A DNA stretch of 64,000 bases from Sedimentisphaerales bacterium. Lineage in GTDB: Bacteria; Planctomycetota; Phycisphaerae; Sedimentisphaerales; SM23-30. The translations under genes were made by a program, and so were the position numbers. The notes beneath the pieces were generated by a model. The model did no database searches. It worked only from the letters and a program-made list of their open reading frames with translations, and was not told the DNA's origin. Positions within the stretch are counted from its first letter, which is position 1, and each line of letters begins with the position of its first letter. The stretch is taken from the NCBI GenBank assembly GCA_963663805.2, contig CAXXMR010000018.1:1-64000 (forward strand), given 5' to 3'. Positions 28,901-36,835 of the stretch are shown piece by piece.

Positions 28901-31658
28901 GCAGGTCGGAGGCGACGGCAGTCAAAACTCCGTCTGCGACCCAGGCTTTGCGGCATGCTTCGCGGAAGACTTGCAATGACTCGTCCTGGTTCGTTATTCG
29001 CAGAGCCTCATCAACTAAGGCAGATATTTCCGCATGAGGGTTGATTTCTGGCAAATTATTCTGCTCACTAGCGGCGTCTAAAGAAGTGCCGAATCCACCC
29101 GCCAGGAATAGAACAGCAACAGCGGTTGACCGGAGAGGAAGTCGCCTGACCAGAATGTCAGCCAAAAATGTCAAAAGTCCGACAATAACACAGAACGGCC
29201 AAAGCTCGCTGAATCCTTGAAATGCCGGCAGTTCCGGCTGGGTATCCAAAACCTCCGAAACATTTTCGATGCGGTTTAGAAGTTTTTGATTCGGTGCTAT
29301 AGAAGCAAACTCTCGTTGAGGGGCGATGCAAAAAGCGGCATGAGCGGAATAACGGCTCTCCGGCAGATAGGCTTGTAACTGATAAACTCCGGGTGACAGT
29401 TTGTCTGCCAGCAGGTTCCACTGATTAGGCCGAATCGGGTCCAGTATCGTATGGGAGGTGTTCAGGGCGGAATCGACAATCGTGAGTTCAAGCTGCTCGA
29501 ATGCATTGTTTGAATCTGAAGAAACTTTGGTAATGTCGACAGTGGCGATATCGTTATGGATGACAGGTTGAATACGCAAACGCTGTTCCGGCGGTAAGGC
29601 CGCGAGATGCCGTGCGAGGTTAGCGATCAATACTAAATAAGATGGGTGTTGGGCCAATTCGACTGTCCAGTCACCGGCCAATTGCGAACCGAAAGCCCCG
29701 ACCTTCCCCAGGCCAAATTGCCAGGAAGCCAATAATGGTCGGCCTGTCGCTGACTCTATGAGAATATCCGCGGTTGGTTTGGCGCGGATATTCAGATAGC
29801 CGTTGATAGACGGTAAGCTAGCTAAATCCATGTCAGTCAGAATTTGGTTTCTGGAATGAGTAACCAGTTTGGTGGGCTGCTCGATAAACGGACTCATCGG
29901 AGAGCTTTCCGGCTGCTTAATAATGATCTCAGGGATATTGAAACGGTCCGGGGCCCAGTAGAATCTTCCCCCTCCCCATTCGGCTAAACTCGCCAAAAAG
30001 GCCGAATGGGTTCCGGGGCCCACGAGGACCGTGGATACCGTCATGCCGCGGTCAGACATTTTTTGTAACAGGGGTTCAAATTGTCCACTTTCAACACCAC
30101 CATCGGTTAGAACTAGCACATGCCTGGTGCGGGTCTGAATATTGAGCAAGGCATAGTAGGCTTCTTCAATTGCAGGTAAAATGACTGTTCCGCCACCGGC
30201 ATTAAGACGATTGAGGGCTCTTTGTAAGTCAATGGCATTTGATGCCGGCTGAATAGGGGCAGCCCAATGTTTGGCTCCATAGAACTCAACAATACCAATT
30301 TTGTCATGCGGCTTAAGATGTCTCATAGCCAAACGGGCGGTTTCTTTGGCCAAATCAATACGACCGCCGCCCATACTTCCGGAAGTGTCAATGATAATGA
30401 CTAATGTTGCGCTGGGGTCACGTCGTTCGACAGTCTGGGCCGAGACAACCGGTAATACCGTTTCGAGAGTTGTATTGCAATATCCGCCGGGTCCGAAAGC
30501 CCGACGGCCACCACTTACCAGCAGACCCATACCATTAAGTACAGCGACGCGAACCTGCTGCTGAATCGAATCGTTGATTTCTGCAGCCGGCACATCGGCA
30601 ATCACCAGCAGGTCCGTTTGTTTTAACAAGTCACTGGTTAGCGAAGCGGGCGACAGTGATTTTACTTTGGCGGAAATTCCCAGCCAGTGTGCAAGGGCTT
30701 GAGCGGCGGGTTTGTTTAAGTCAGACTCAATCACCGAAACATTGAGCGGTGCAGTGACGTAGATTGAGGTCGATAGCTGATTATTGTCCTGGCGGAAATC
30801 ATTATCTGTTTCGACCTTGACTGTGAATGACTGTAGCCCTCTCAGTTCCAGGGGCAGCCTTAAGTCTACGGTCTGGAGTCCGGGCTGTATCGTTTCTATT
30901 TGTTCGGTCTGGACCACATCATTGTTCGAGCTAATTGTCAGGCGAGAAGTTCCGGAAAGTGACGAGTCGATCATGGCCTGGACAATAACGGTCGAACCGG
31001 CAGCAGCTGATGCGGGCATACTGACCTGGAACAAAGAGACCTCGCCGCTCTTCGCCGCGCCCAGCGGGAAAGTAATAACAGGAATGTCGCGCCGGGCGAG
31101 CTGTGCCGCGGACTTGAGAGCATCCCCCCGCGTTTCTCTGCCATCAGTGAAGAGCAGCACCTTGCCTGTTGAGCCGCTTGGAATAATAGTGCCCGCGAAA
31201 GTCAACGCTTCCGCTAAGGATGTTCCGGTGAGAAGGTTAGGACCTTCCTTCGCTTCTATAAATCGTTTGCGTAGAGCCGGCAATACTTCATGATTTAACA
31301 TATCCGAAAGGTTGGTGTCCGTTAAAAATACTTGTGAACCGAACAAAACGATGTGAAGTTTGGCCTGAGGATCATTATCTTCAAAATACTGCTTTAGTAA
31401 TTGTCCAGCGGTAAGGAGGTTATCGTCACTAATACTGGCGGAAATATCTATGACGGCGACGATTGTTGGGGTCTGGGCGGATTGAAAAACTATGGGTTGG
31501 GCAAGTGCCAAAACCAGCGCAGTCAAGAGAATCAGACGAATGGGCAATAATGCCCACCTGCGCACATGCCAGTTGGTATTCTTACCCTTTTTATGCAATA
31601 AACATAAAGGGATGACTAACAATAATAACAATAATGCCCAGGGGCGAACAAATATCAT
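22983..31658 (-). CDS. Giant (2891 aa) membrane protein: two VWA domains, Ig-like and GATase-like segments, long TPR array
   Basis: BatA-like N-terminal TMs, MIDAS DISAS and DTSGS...LTDG, GMGLLVSGG..AFG.GGY, WQFGLGKV, second TM pair near aa 820-860, then ~2000 aa of helical TPR-like repeats. Confidence 0.85.
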   Translation of the reverse strand: MIFVRPWALLLLLLVIPLCLLHKKGKNTNWHVRRWALLPIRLILLTALVLALAQPIVFQSAQTPTIVAVIDISASISDDNLLTAGQLLKQYFEDNDPQAKLHIVLFGSQVFLTDTNLSDMLNHEVLPALRKRFIEAKEGPNLLTGTSLAEALTFAGTIIPSGSTGKVLLFTDGRETRGDALKSAAQLARRDIPVITFPLGAAKSGEVSLFQVSMPASAAAGSTVIVQAMIDSSLSGTSRLTISSNNDVVQTEQIETIQPGLQTVDLRLPLELRGLQSFTVKVETDNDFRQDNNQLSTSIYVTAPLNVSVIESDLNKPAAQALAHWLGISAKVKSLSPASLTSDLLKQTDLLVIADVPAAEINDSIQQQVRVAVLNGMGLLVSGGRRAFGPGGYCNTTLETVLPVVSAQTVERRDPSATLVIIIDTSGSMGGGRIDLAKETARLAMRHLKPHDKIGIVEFYGAKHWAAPIQPASNAIDLQRALNRLNAGGGTVILPAIEEAYYALLNIQTRTRHVLVLTDGGVESGQFEPLLQKMSDRGMTVSTVLVGPGTHSAFLASLAEWGGGRFYWAPDRFNIPEIIIKQPESSPMSPFIEQPTKLVTHSRNQILTDMDLASLPSINGYLNIRAKPTADILIESATGRPLLASWQFGLGKVGAFGSQLAGDWTVELAQHPSYLVLIANLARHLAALPPEQRLRIQPVIHNDIATVDITKVSSDSNNAFEQLELTIVDSALNTSHTILDPIRPNQWNLLADKLSPGVYQLQAYLPESRYSAHAAFCIAPQREFASIAPNQKLLNRIENVSEVLDTQPELPAFQGFSELWPFCVIVGLLTFLADILVRRLPLRSTAVAVLFLAGGFGTSLDAASEQNNLPEINPHAEISALVDEALRITNQDESLQVFREACRKAWVADGVLTAVASDLQKARPGFRTDFLSCNLALENNDLENAYERLRVLSQQPNADYRVQAQLAQVAEMIGHDQIALDTLNELIKADLPPEVMFSQSIRKAQILYDSGQMDQARQCLLETAQQLDSPQHTDFCLHLAALNQDYDTAVVLQQEIPTEDKTFTDLLFEGLFLLRDNQYDKALQTYQEARDAAAKKRDHRYVTERIIAAARAGGHLSELADEWYNAGNLSADDLHALSTILRELGRTDEVLQILVPNHLAASQDVLASETLQRVAIDCAVETGHIDQAESIYLSLLNQDPHRIEYLTALARLRLLDNRREEARRLFDEQIKINSNAEILLDLAEGARQVAFYDLAQCAADKVDRNNAASRLEARLFLAKLLRDQGDTEGALRMLDQAHDAAQADARSLTRVAQALERLDNHSRALQIYNEIYELSRGEDILWKIAAVEERLGKVDCAYERWYQIWQKVENPSRQRQAQQRLLDLAARTGRLADLAVELEDKLDSDTGGNRELDMLVDIYSTANDPIAAAEILHEFALNQQDKVGTLNKLVRVHLNSEQFGRSYRLLDELIRLDPQNAADYLQQMAIIAIERQQPRQARDVLERFAQYVPSGQMADEFAAGVLGLIGEHQQAAQHYARMLARFPDRIEAWLLWARELKEAGQAKQALAAFQIMLSEAVEDDLFTVCVDGLLNLEASPRVLKWTLRQAKIRIASKPGRVYLYRLAADLHDGLGHSNEIIAILEQAVVVAGERRPAFLRELINVAKSQNNIEKQIDFGRTVIALGEQMPPQVFTDLGEAFLQAGEPASADRSFSLAAANGDSTRVKLLIADSYERTGASPMAERIIRELLVGKPDDVELLQKSGTLLEQLDRYDDAFVRYLHAVDIMIERQFRHVHTASDTTSVSQTLGVRHLRHRISANYDEFKLFFDATLDGLISSARDESSQCRLIDHFNDRFKQELVALPTPAAGERLDTYPRLSQLARTMRLLGLAMHRCDVADSCDRALIQRFPEDTLLAKTIIDTRINWGLPHRARTFLEDQIENELPIEIAIANMIGPEQTPVILPPDRPINNQQLERLLPFLLFAGRDDQVRETIHRWLNDNSLSLTPNTARVCTVAAVALADEQLILDATLTWIDAARNAGTQRQILDNLTQCIHLTWHIFDQKQHAILINRMLRTRDNAVSSSREIYNRIIYQLAESFDAAMWTDMATLRHDICLASSTPVAELARLMQSSPPADRPSLLHDMVKNRPEDQRRISLLQLAGALRFEPAPELSTAILDIFRQSPPYKLNPDKIYSQLRRDQWLSNRNAAKLCMELGEQLLVEQPDNPAIWACTALVRAHAGFYGQALTSAREALDYLLSARQLSASDCEMLEDLVFMITPEDRKDMVAGLRKRKMFEGVTAPLAFAEGLFLQSLGDNNEARPAFQQAFQLAPQNQEITERVMTSFEQEGMYAPLAELLDNHLTSSGTMQTSTWGKVAQLRINTGNPLAALTAARHSGSPLGPVQVMNAYLQMGRCDKVRSTLVSYKTACRNELRFYSPLWPESPSPGGLKGYLQELQKKTQGREQRIRLFEALAECPFTLREYQAFLLPASPNRGDIAGLIPALAASILHNDVQSYLQEFRSLYEKKLLNRKDRAVLFALAAHDSHLIDEFPLVLNNIIADTDPEDTRALTILAQLYFDQGYSVSTNRIMRWVMAWNQLQGHSHEEWRERLAQIDIYLDTLPLRQRDNFHVTMLNRLTPTPLDQVDDELEQERLTRLLSLNQASILSQIESYRQSALTNPSQKLRQVWTCIARFDAANHQADNYAKMVSLILRPEKYAPLDSEVFDIRLLLPETPDPANPTWHLEIVLEELEQLHNTNKLGTVRYINYLCLLAEWAHSSKLEYVADSILERLEPFSCRLGQHSLWIADIAEKLGKHDMSLHLLESLFQADMLGISRMSKLLDTLVTSGDIDVAVELAQHAARFSNHPTVLSILTRAASDAGDTGLITEKNRKSP

Positions 31659-31661
31659 TGA

Positions 31662-33353
31662 TTAAGCGATCCTTCCCTGACGATACAAGCTAATCTGGAT
31701 CAAAGTCAATATTAAAGCCAGGACAAGCAACAATTCATAGGGTGCCAGCAGTGCCGATTGTCCTGATGACGGCGGAAGCTGGTACTCAATGTTGAGGGCT
31801 GACTCCTTCCAAAGGTTACTGGCTGAACGGCTGCCGGGAACTGAAATTGCCGGAGATGTCCCGGCTTGTTTTTTAACCCAGACAGGATCGCCCAGCCAAC
31901 GCTTAGACGGCACAACAAGCGGCATGTCATCCCAGCCGGCCAGTACGCAGGTTATGCGATGTATCATAACCGGGAAAATGGGATGTCGCGTCCAGGATGA
32001 CTGGATGTTGACAAAGGTAGAAGATAATAGTGCGGTGCGGATGTTCTGGATTGTGGCGAAACTGGCCAGTACCGTTTCATTTTCGACAATCTCCACGCAG
32101 TTGGACCTGGTTTGCAAGCTCCAGTCTGTCGCAGAGTCACATGTTTTGGCCTGTAAGCACAGTTCTTCAGCGAGATCGGAGGCCCAGCGGGCAGTTGTAT
32201 TTGAATAATACTCTTTTGGCAAGGACACCGACGAGACCAGCAAAGCTGCTGGAGTGGGAGATGAAGGTAATTCATATCCGACGAACAAATCTCCAGGGCT
32301 TTCCGGGCTTACCAGTTCCAGTCCGGTTTCTGCTTTAAGGGCCGTCAATAGAGGCCCCGATATATCTTCACTCAAAATCGTTTTTATTCGAAGGCGTCGG
32401 GGCAGTCTGAATATTATACGATTGTCAGATGCGACAGCGTCTTTACCCGTCAGGTAAACCACAAGTTCTGCGCCATTAGCGGCAATGTTGGGAACAGATA
32501 CTACAGCAGGTTCGCCAGGGGTTATAGTAACGCTTTGGTTGGCAATGGTTTGCCCCTGCTTCGTTTCGATCCGAACGGTCTCTGTTTGTGGCGAAGCGGC
32601 CCAGGAACCAATTCGAACCATGAACTGACCAGAGACAGGGTCGTGTTCGTATGGATAGAACATTGCCGAGAGCAGCGCATTGTTGGCGACAGGTTGGCCT
32701 ACGGAAACAACACTGGTATTATCCTCGTCGGCTGCGGCAATTTCCAATGCTTCAGTCCGGTCGGTAACAACTACAATGTGTTTGTGAAACTGACCATTCA
32801 ATATAGTGTGAGCCATCTGGACGGCTTCATTAACCAAACCGGCAGAATAAGCGGTACGCACCTTTGCTAACCGGGAAGTCACCAAACAGTGAGGATCCCC
32901 AAGTTGATGTACTACACGAGGAAGAGGGTCAGCCACGATGACGGCAAGAGCCTCATTGCCTGGTCGGGACGGCAGGATTGCTTGTTCCACATATTGTACG
33001 GCTGTATCAAGACGTGACTTGCCCGACTCAGTGACTGCCCCCATCGATAATCCCGCATCCAGTACAATCACTAACGAACTTTTTTCCTGCGAATCGCCCC
33101 CCCATTGCGGCATTACAAGAGCGGTAATCAACAGTAGACTGATAAGCAGCAGCAATAGATAGCTTAGAATGCCCCGGAATCGGTCCAGGAGTGTACGAGC
33201 CTGAGAATAACGGGCAGCATCCCGCCAGAAAATTGTGGTAATTACTACCAGAGGTTCACGGCGAAAACGCAGCAAATGCAGTCCCGCCAGGGCCGCCGCA
33301 GTTACACCGGCAAGAAGAACAGCCGACCAGGTTGAAATGCCTTCAAATATCAC
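31662..33353 (-). CDS. BatA/VWA domain membrane protein
   Basis: LHLLR.RR...TTIFW BatA motif, VLDAGLSM (degenerate MIDAS), VVTD, C-terminal TM; GTG start after GAGGAG. Confidence 0.82.
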   Translation of the reverse strand: MIFEGISTWSAVLLAGVTAAALAGLHLLRFRREPLVVITTIFWRDAARYSQARTLLDRFRGILSYLLLLLISLLLITALVMPQWGGDSQEKSSLVIVLDAGLSMGAVTESGKSRLDTAVQYVEQAILPSRPGNEALAVIVADPLPRVVHQLGDPHCLVTSRLAKVRTAYSAGLVNEAVQMAHTILNGQFHKHIVVVTDRTEALEIAAADEDNTSVVSVGQPVANNALLSAMFYPYEHDPVSGQFMVRIGSWAASPQTETVRIETKQGQTIANQSVTITPGEPAVVSVPNIAANGAELVVYLTGKDAVASDNRIIFRLPRRLRIKTILSEDISGPLLTALKAETGLELVSPESPGDLFVGYELPSSPTPAALLVSSVSLPKEYYSNTTARWASDLAEELCLQAKTCDSATDWSLQTRSNCVEIVENETVLASFATIQNIRTALLSSTFVNIQSSWTRHPIFPVMIHRITCVLAGWDDMPLVVPSKRWLGDPVWVKKQAGTSPAISVPGSRSASNLWKESALNIEYQLPPSSGQSALLAPYELLLVLALILTLIQISLYRQGRIA

Positions 33354-33363
33354 GTCAAACTCC

Positions 33364-34242
33364 TCAGGCGGTGAATGCGCTCTGCTCAAACAGGCGGCGT
33401 ATTTGTCCCAACACGGGCTTATCAACACTTAATTCAAAATATCCAGCTCTGCTGGTCCGGGCAAACTGTTTGAGTTGGTCGAAAAATGTGTCGTAAGCCT
33501 GGCGATACTGCTGTAAGACAAGCGGACTGACAGCGATATCGGCGGGATGGCTGGTTTCGCAATCGACCAGTCGCAACATGCCGCCGATTTCAGGATTACG
33601 GTCAACCGACCGTATAACCGGGACAAGCAAAACCTGATGCCGGAGTTTACTCAGAGCCTCGACCATTTTATCAACACCCGCGTGATCAAAGAAATCAGAA
33701 ATCACGACAGCCAGGCCTGACCGACGAGACTGTATGCTAAAGCGGTGTACGGCCCCGGCAAAGTCTCCAGGTCCACCGGCCTTTAGATTTTCCAGATGAT
33801 GAAGCAATCGCGGCAGCGTAGCGGGCCCGGCCCCGCGTTTCAAGAGTAGTGAAGGTTCTCGCACGAAAGGAAAAATGGAAACACGATCGTGATGATTGAG
33901 AGCAACAGCGGCGAATACCCCCGCGGTCTGTCTGGCTGCATCAGCACGGGGGGGATTCTCGAAATACATCGAATCACTTGTATCGAGCATAATATATACG
34001 GGCAGGTCCTCTGCCTGTTCGTAAAGCCGCAAGAAAAGTTTGCCGGTGCGGAGGTAGAGATTCCAGTCAATACGCCTAAAATCGTCACCCGGTTGATAGC
34101 AACGGTAGTCGCGAAATTCCAGGCCGTTACCCAGGTCCGCAGAGCGGTGGTCCGCATGACGACCTCCGCGGGCGACCTGCCGAATATTCAGACGCAAAGC
34201 AGAAATGGATTCGATAAAATCTGTAGTGAACAAAGATGACAT
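33364..34242 (-). CDS. DUF58 protein (MoxR-associated VWA-like)
   Basis: G.GLEFRDYR.YQPGDDFRRIDWNLY.RT, LDTSDSM, VISDF. Confidence 0.93.
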   Translation of the reverse strand: MSSLFTTDFIESISALRLNIRQVARGGRHADHRSADLGNGLEFRDYRCYQPGDDFRRIDWNLYLRTGKLFLRLYEQAEDLPVYIMLDTSDSMYFENPPRADAARQTAGVFAAVALNHHDRVSIFPFVREPSLLLKRGAGPATLPRLLHHLENLKAGGPGDFAGAVHRFSIQSRRSGLAVVISDFFDHAGVDKMVEALSKLRHQVLLVPVIRSVDRNPEIGGMLRLVDCETSHPADIAVSPLVLQQYRQAYDTFFDQLKQFARTSRAGYFELSVDKPVLGQIRRLFEQSAFTA

Positions 34243-34246
34243 GAAT

Positions 34247-35269
34247 TTATGATAACTCCGTTACGTTCTCGATGACCGCCTGAATCAAACTATCTGGATT
34301 GATTCTTCTGGAGTGTGCCTCGAAGTTTAGCAGCAGTCGATGTCGTAATACCGGCAGAGCGATACCACGAATATCCTGACACGAAAGTGCAAAGCGACCC
34401 TGAAGCAGAGCCTGCACCTTGCCCATCAACAACAATCCCTGGGCCCCGCGTGGGCTGGCTCCCAAAGACACGAATTCCCTGATCGGTTCAGGGGCAAGTC
34501 TGGAATCCGGCTGGGTCGCAATGATCAGACGCGCGGCGTATCGACTAACCTGTTCGCTCACGGCTACGCTGCGGACCACATGTTGCAGAAATATGATTTC
34601 CTCAGCCGAACAGATTTTCTGTACTTTAGGAAGGACGGCTCCGGTTGTGCGTTCTAAAATTTGCTGATACTCCGCTTCTTGAGGATAGCCTACCGTCAAT
34701 TTCACCAGGAAGCGGTCTAACTGTGCTTCGGGAAGCGGATAGGTTCCTTCCTGCTCAACAGGATTTTGGGTGGCAACCACCATATAGGGTTCTGGAAGGG
34801 CAATGGTACGTCGGCCTACCGAGACCTGTCTTTCCTGCATGGCTTCAAGCAATGCCGACTGGGTTTTGGGGGTGGCCCGATTGATTTCGTCGGCAAGAAC
34901 GAAATTTGCGACCACAGGTCCTTCCTGAAAGCGAAGTTCATGTCCGCCATCGGGCTTTTCGTCCAAGATCATGGTACCCACAATATCCGTGGGCATCAGG
35001 TCGGGTGTGAATTGGATGCGGGAAAGACTGATATCGAGTACTTCTGCCAAAGTCCGAGCCAGCAAGGTTTTTCCTAATCCGGGGACTCCCTCCAGCAGCA
35101 CATGTCCGTTACAGAACAATGCCCCAAGTAAACTCTGAACCAAATCATCGTGTCCGACAAAAACACGGTGAACTTCCTGTTTGACCCGGGAAAATAACTC
35201 GCGGAAACGCTCGGTCTGCAAGCGAATCTGATCAATTTCATTGGCGGTAACTTCAGGTTTATCTGTCAT
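34247..35269 (-). CDS. moxR: MoxR-family AAA+ ATPase
   Basis: GHVLLEGVPGLGKT, RIQFTPDLMP, LADEINRATPKTQSALLEAMQE, ATQNPVEQEGTYPLPEAQLDRF. Confidence 0.96.
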   Translation of the reverse strand: MTDKPEVTANEIDQIRLQTERFRELFSRVKQEVHRVFVGHDDLVQSLLGALFCNGHVLLEGVPGLGKTLLARTLAEVLDISLSRIQFTPDLMPTDIVGTMILDEKPDGGHELRFQEGPVVANFVLADEINRATPKTQSALLEAMQERQVSVGRRTIALPEPYMVVATQNPVEQEGTYPLPEAQLDRFLVKLTVGYPQEAEYQQILERTTGAVLPKVQKICSAEEIIFLQHVVRSVAVSEQVSRYAARLIIATQPDSRLAPEPIREFVSLGASPRGAQGLLLMGKVQALLQGRFALSCQDIRGIALPVLRHRLLLNFEAHSRRINPDSLIQAVIENVTELS

Positions 35270-35296
35270 TATTAGATAGGCTCCTGTTTCATTTCT

Positions 35297-36835
35297 CTAA
35301 GGATTCATTTGTTTTTTTTCGGTATCGTCACCAGCAGATGGTTGATTATGCAGAGCAAGAAGGTATTGGCGTATTAGTTGTTGGTATTCTGACGGGATAG
35401 ATTCCGCGGGAATAGGTGATTCGGGCCTTGAACGGTCACTTGTGGTAAATGTGCGGGCAGGATCTCCCGGTTGAGTTTGAGGTTGGCTTTGTTCATGGAC
35501 CACTTTAGTCCGGCCGGGACCGAGGCGACCTTTTACGAAATCTGGTACAGGGACAGCCAGTACCAATGATGCGGTACCGCGTGATTTCTTAGGCTGAGAA
35601 GGACCTCCTCTGCCTGTGCCGGGTTTTTTCTGTCCCCCGGTTATTCCCAATTCACGTGAGGGGGCGACATTGCGATCCTTGAGCATAGGCTGAATGCCTC
35701 CACGCTGAGCGGAACCTTCTTCGGTATCTTCTGCATCCATATCGTCGTTGTCTTGTTCTGGATTTTCTTCTCCCTGGGTTCGAAGACTTTGTGACCAGGT
35801 ATGGGCCGCTGTTTGTTGACTGGCAGAATTACCCTGACCATGTCCGGTCAATGAACTGTTCTCTGAATCACTTTGCTTGAGCGTCTTAGAATCTTGAGGA
35901 TTTGTTTTTCGGCGGCGGGAATTAGTATTCGCCTTAGATTTAGAGGAAGGGTTGTCGTCCGAAACAGCCTGCCGCATGAGTTGAGCGGATTGGCCTGAGG
36001 ATAGATTTTGAGACATCTGTCCTCCCATTTTTCCGCCGGGCAGGTCAGTGCGGTTTTGAGTGTCCAGGTTTTTAGCTGCAACAGGATTTTTATCTTCAGC
36101 CAGGGGAGACGATTCGGAACCAACTACGGATACGATGGTACTTTGAGGTTGTTGCCGCGGGCGTGAGGATAAGGTGTTATCCTGGTGGTCAGGATCAATG
36201 ACTCTAGGGGATTGGGACTGAAACGCAATTGTGTTTTGCCCGATAGCCGGCTTGTTTTGGATGTCAGGAGCGGATTGGTTGATCGCCAGCAGCGAACCCA
36301 GGGCATAGAATATACAGGTCATGAGAAACAGTATAATATAGCGTCGCCAAGTCCAGATCGGCATTTCAAAATGGGGCTGCCGGTCACACACCTTGACAAG
36401 GAGATTGAGTCCATCTTGTACCGCCAAGGCGGCAAATAGGTCTTGCCGGCAATGATTGCGCAGATACCAGGCGGTTGCGATAAGATTGTGTGCATTTGTG
36501 GCGGCATCTAAATGTTGGGCGGTTTGAGCGTTTTGAGGAAAACGATTCCGAGTCTGCCAAAACCTTGCCGTCAGAATCACCATCGCAACTACACAGGCTG
36601 ATATGCCGAAGAAAAAATCACTGGGCACAGGCAGCCGATTTCCCGGCAGAGTCAAAAGTAACACTCGCAGCAATGCGACGGCGGTCATCCCCAAAAAGAT
36701 ACGCATAACCGCTTGACGCAGTGCCGCCCAAAGCATGCGACGACACAGCTTATGTCTTGCAGGCAGTAAAAGGCATTCGATCTCATTATCAGTTGCTTGC
36801 CGGGACATAAAGCTCCTGAGCCAATGACGGTTCAT
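35297..36835 (-). CDS. Membrane protein with long low-complexity (Q/S/G/D) tail, MoxR-operon associated
   Basis: Three TM segments, disordered region, C-terminal IPSEYQQLIRQY motif of a type often seen in MoxR/VWA operons. Confidence 0.7.
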   Translation of the reverse strand: MNRHWLRSFMSRQATDNEIECLLLPARHKLCRRMLWAALRQAVMRIFLGMTAVALLRVLLLTLPGNRLPVPSDFFFGISACVVAMVILTARFWQTRNRFPQNAQTAQHLDAATNAHNLIATAWYLRNHCRQDLFAALAVQDGLNLLVKVCDRQPHFEMPIWTWRRYIILFLMTCIFYALGSLLAINQSAPDIQNKPAIGQNTIAFQSQSPRVIDPDHQDNTLSSRPRQQPQSTIVSVVGSESSPLAEDKNPVAAKNLDTQNRTDLPGGKMGGQMSQNLSSGQSAQLMRQAVSDDNPSSKSKANTNSRRRKTNPQDSKTLKQSDSENSSLTGHGQGNSASQQTAAHTWSQSLRTQGEENPEQDNDDMDAEDTEEGSAQRGGIQPMLKDRNVAPSRELGITGGQKKPGTGRGGPSQPKKSRGTASLVLAVPVPDFVKGRLGPGRTKVVHEQSQPQTQPGDPARTFTTSDRSRPESPIPAESIPSEYQQLIRQYLLALHNQPSAGDDTEKKQMNP